Positions 63,758 through 64,000 of a stretch of 64,000 bases of DNA are shown piece by piece. The stretch lies in IMG/VR virus record IMGVR_UViG_3300025395_000007. One strand, given 5' to 3'. Position numbers and translations under genes: made by a program. Position 1 is the stretch's first letter; the number at the start of each line of letters is the position of its first letter. The notes beneath the pieces were generated by a model. The model was not told the DNA's origin. It saw only the letters and a program-made list of their open reading frames with translations, and made no database searches. This DNA comes from a virus.

Positions 63758-64000
63758 TTATTTTCCTTGAGGTGGCACGATGCTCATATGGTGTATTCTA
63801 TATATCTTTTTATACAAAGGATCTTCATAACTACTAGTACCATGGTGCTGTAAAGTTTGATCTCTGCCAATTAATGTTTCATATTCTTCGGGTGAACCTG
63901 AAAGGTGTGATATATGCATTGCAGGATCGTTTAAATTTAAATGAAAATGAATTATATGTCTAATATTATCAAGTGGTGCATTTGGATCGCGATCACTTTC
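63758..64000 (-). CDS. C-terminal part of a putative ADP-ribosyltransferase (truncated by the window edge)
   Basis: Manual translation HIIHFHL...PAMHISHLSGSPEEYETLIGRDQTL, with an ExE motif as in VIP2/Alt-type ARTs. Confidence 0.55.
   Translation of the reverse strand, partial: ESDRDPNAPLDNIRHIIHFHLNLNDPAMHISHLSGSPEEYETLIGRDQTLQHHGTSSYEDPLYKKIYRIHHMSIVPPQGK

Overview
This is a 64 kb, AT-rich segment of a large T4-like myophage genome in the standard genetic code. The host is probably alphaproteobacterial (Rhizobiales/Caulobacterales-type), inferred from a tRNA-His without G-1 and a Rhizobiales-style outer-membrane protein. The plus arm (1-30062) carries gp22, gp23, gp3, uvsY, uvsW, gp55, gp47, gp46, several auxiliary genes, a compact DNA base-hypermodification cluster, and gp45-gp44-gp62-regA. 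It ends in a ~7 kb tRNA region with 24 tRNAs interleaved with structured and tRNA-like non-coding elements. The minus arm (30103-64000) converges on a bidirectional terminator. It carries an exonuclease, phoH, rnh, sugar enzymes, speD, glutaredoxin, a ClpP-like protease, an SLT, two more tRNAs, nrdAB, thyX, primase, fibre genes and a block of probable internal head proteins. The three best leads are: (1) a Tet/JBP oxygenase, P-loop kinase, amino-acid:DNA transferase, amidoligase, class II amidotransferase and GNAT pathway, in which several enzymes end in sliding-clamp-binding-like motifs, in a phage that still encodes ThyX; (2) an rRNA-operon-like tRNA transcript with a boxA-like site, a long processing stem, tRNA mimics and ORFs whose stop codons lie inside tRNAs; (3) His-rich enzymes bearing a T4-type capsid-targeting N-terminus (HAD phosphatase, nuclease-like, KxDG ligase-like, nucleotidyltransferase), downstream of a truncated ADP-ribosyltransferase-like gene. 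All family calls and RNA folds come from reading motifs by eye; no searches were run.
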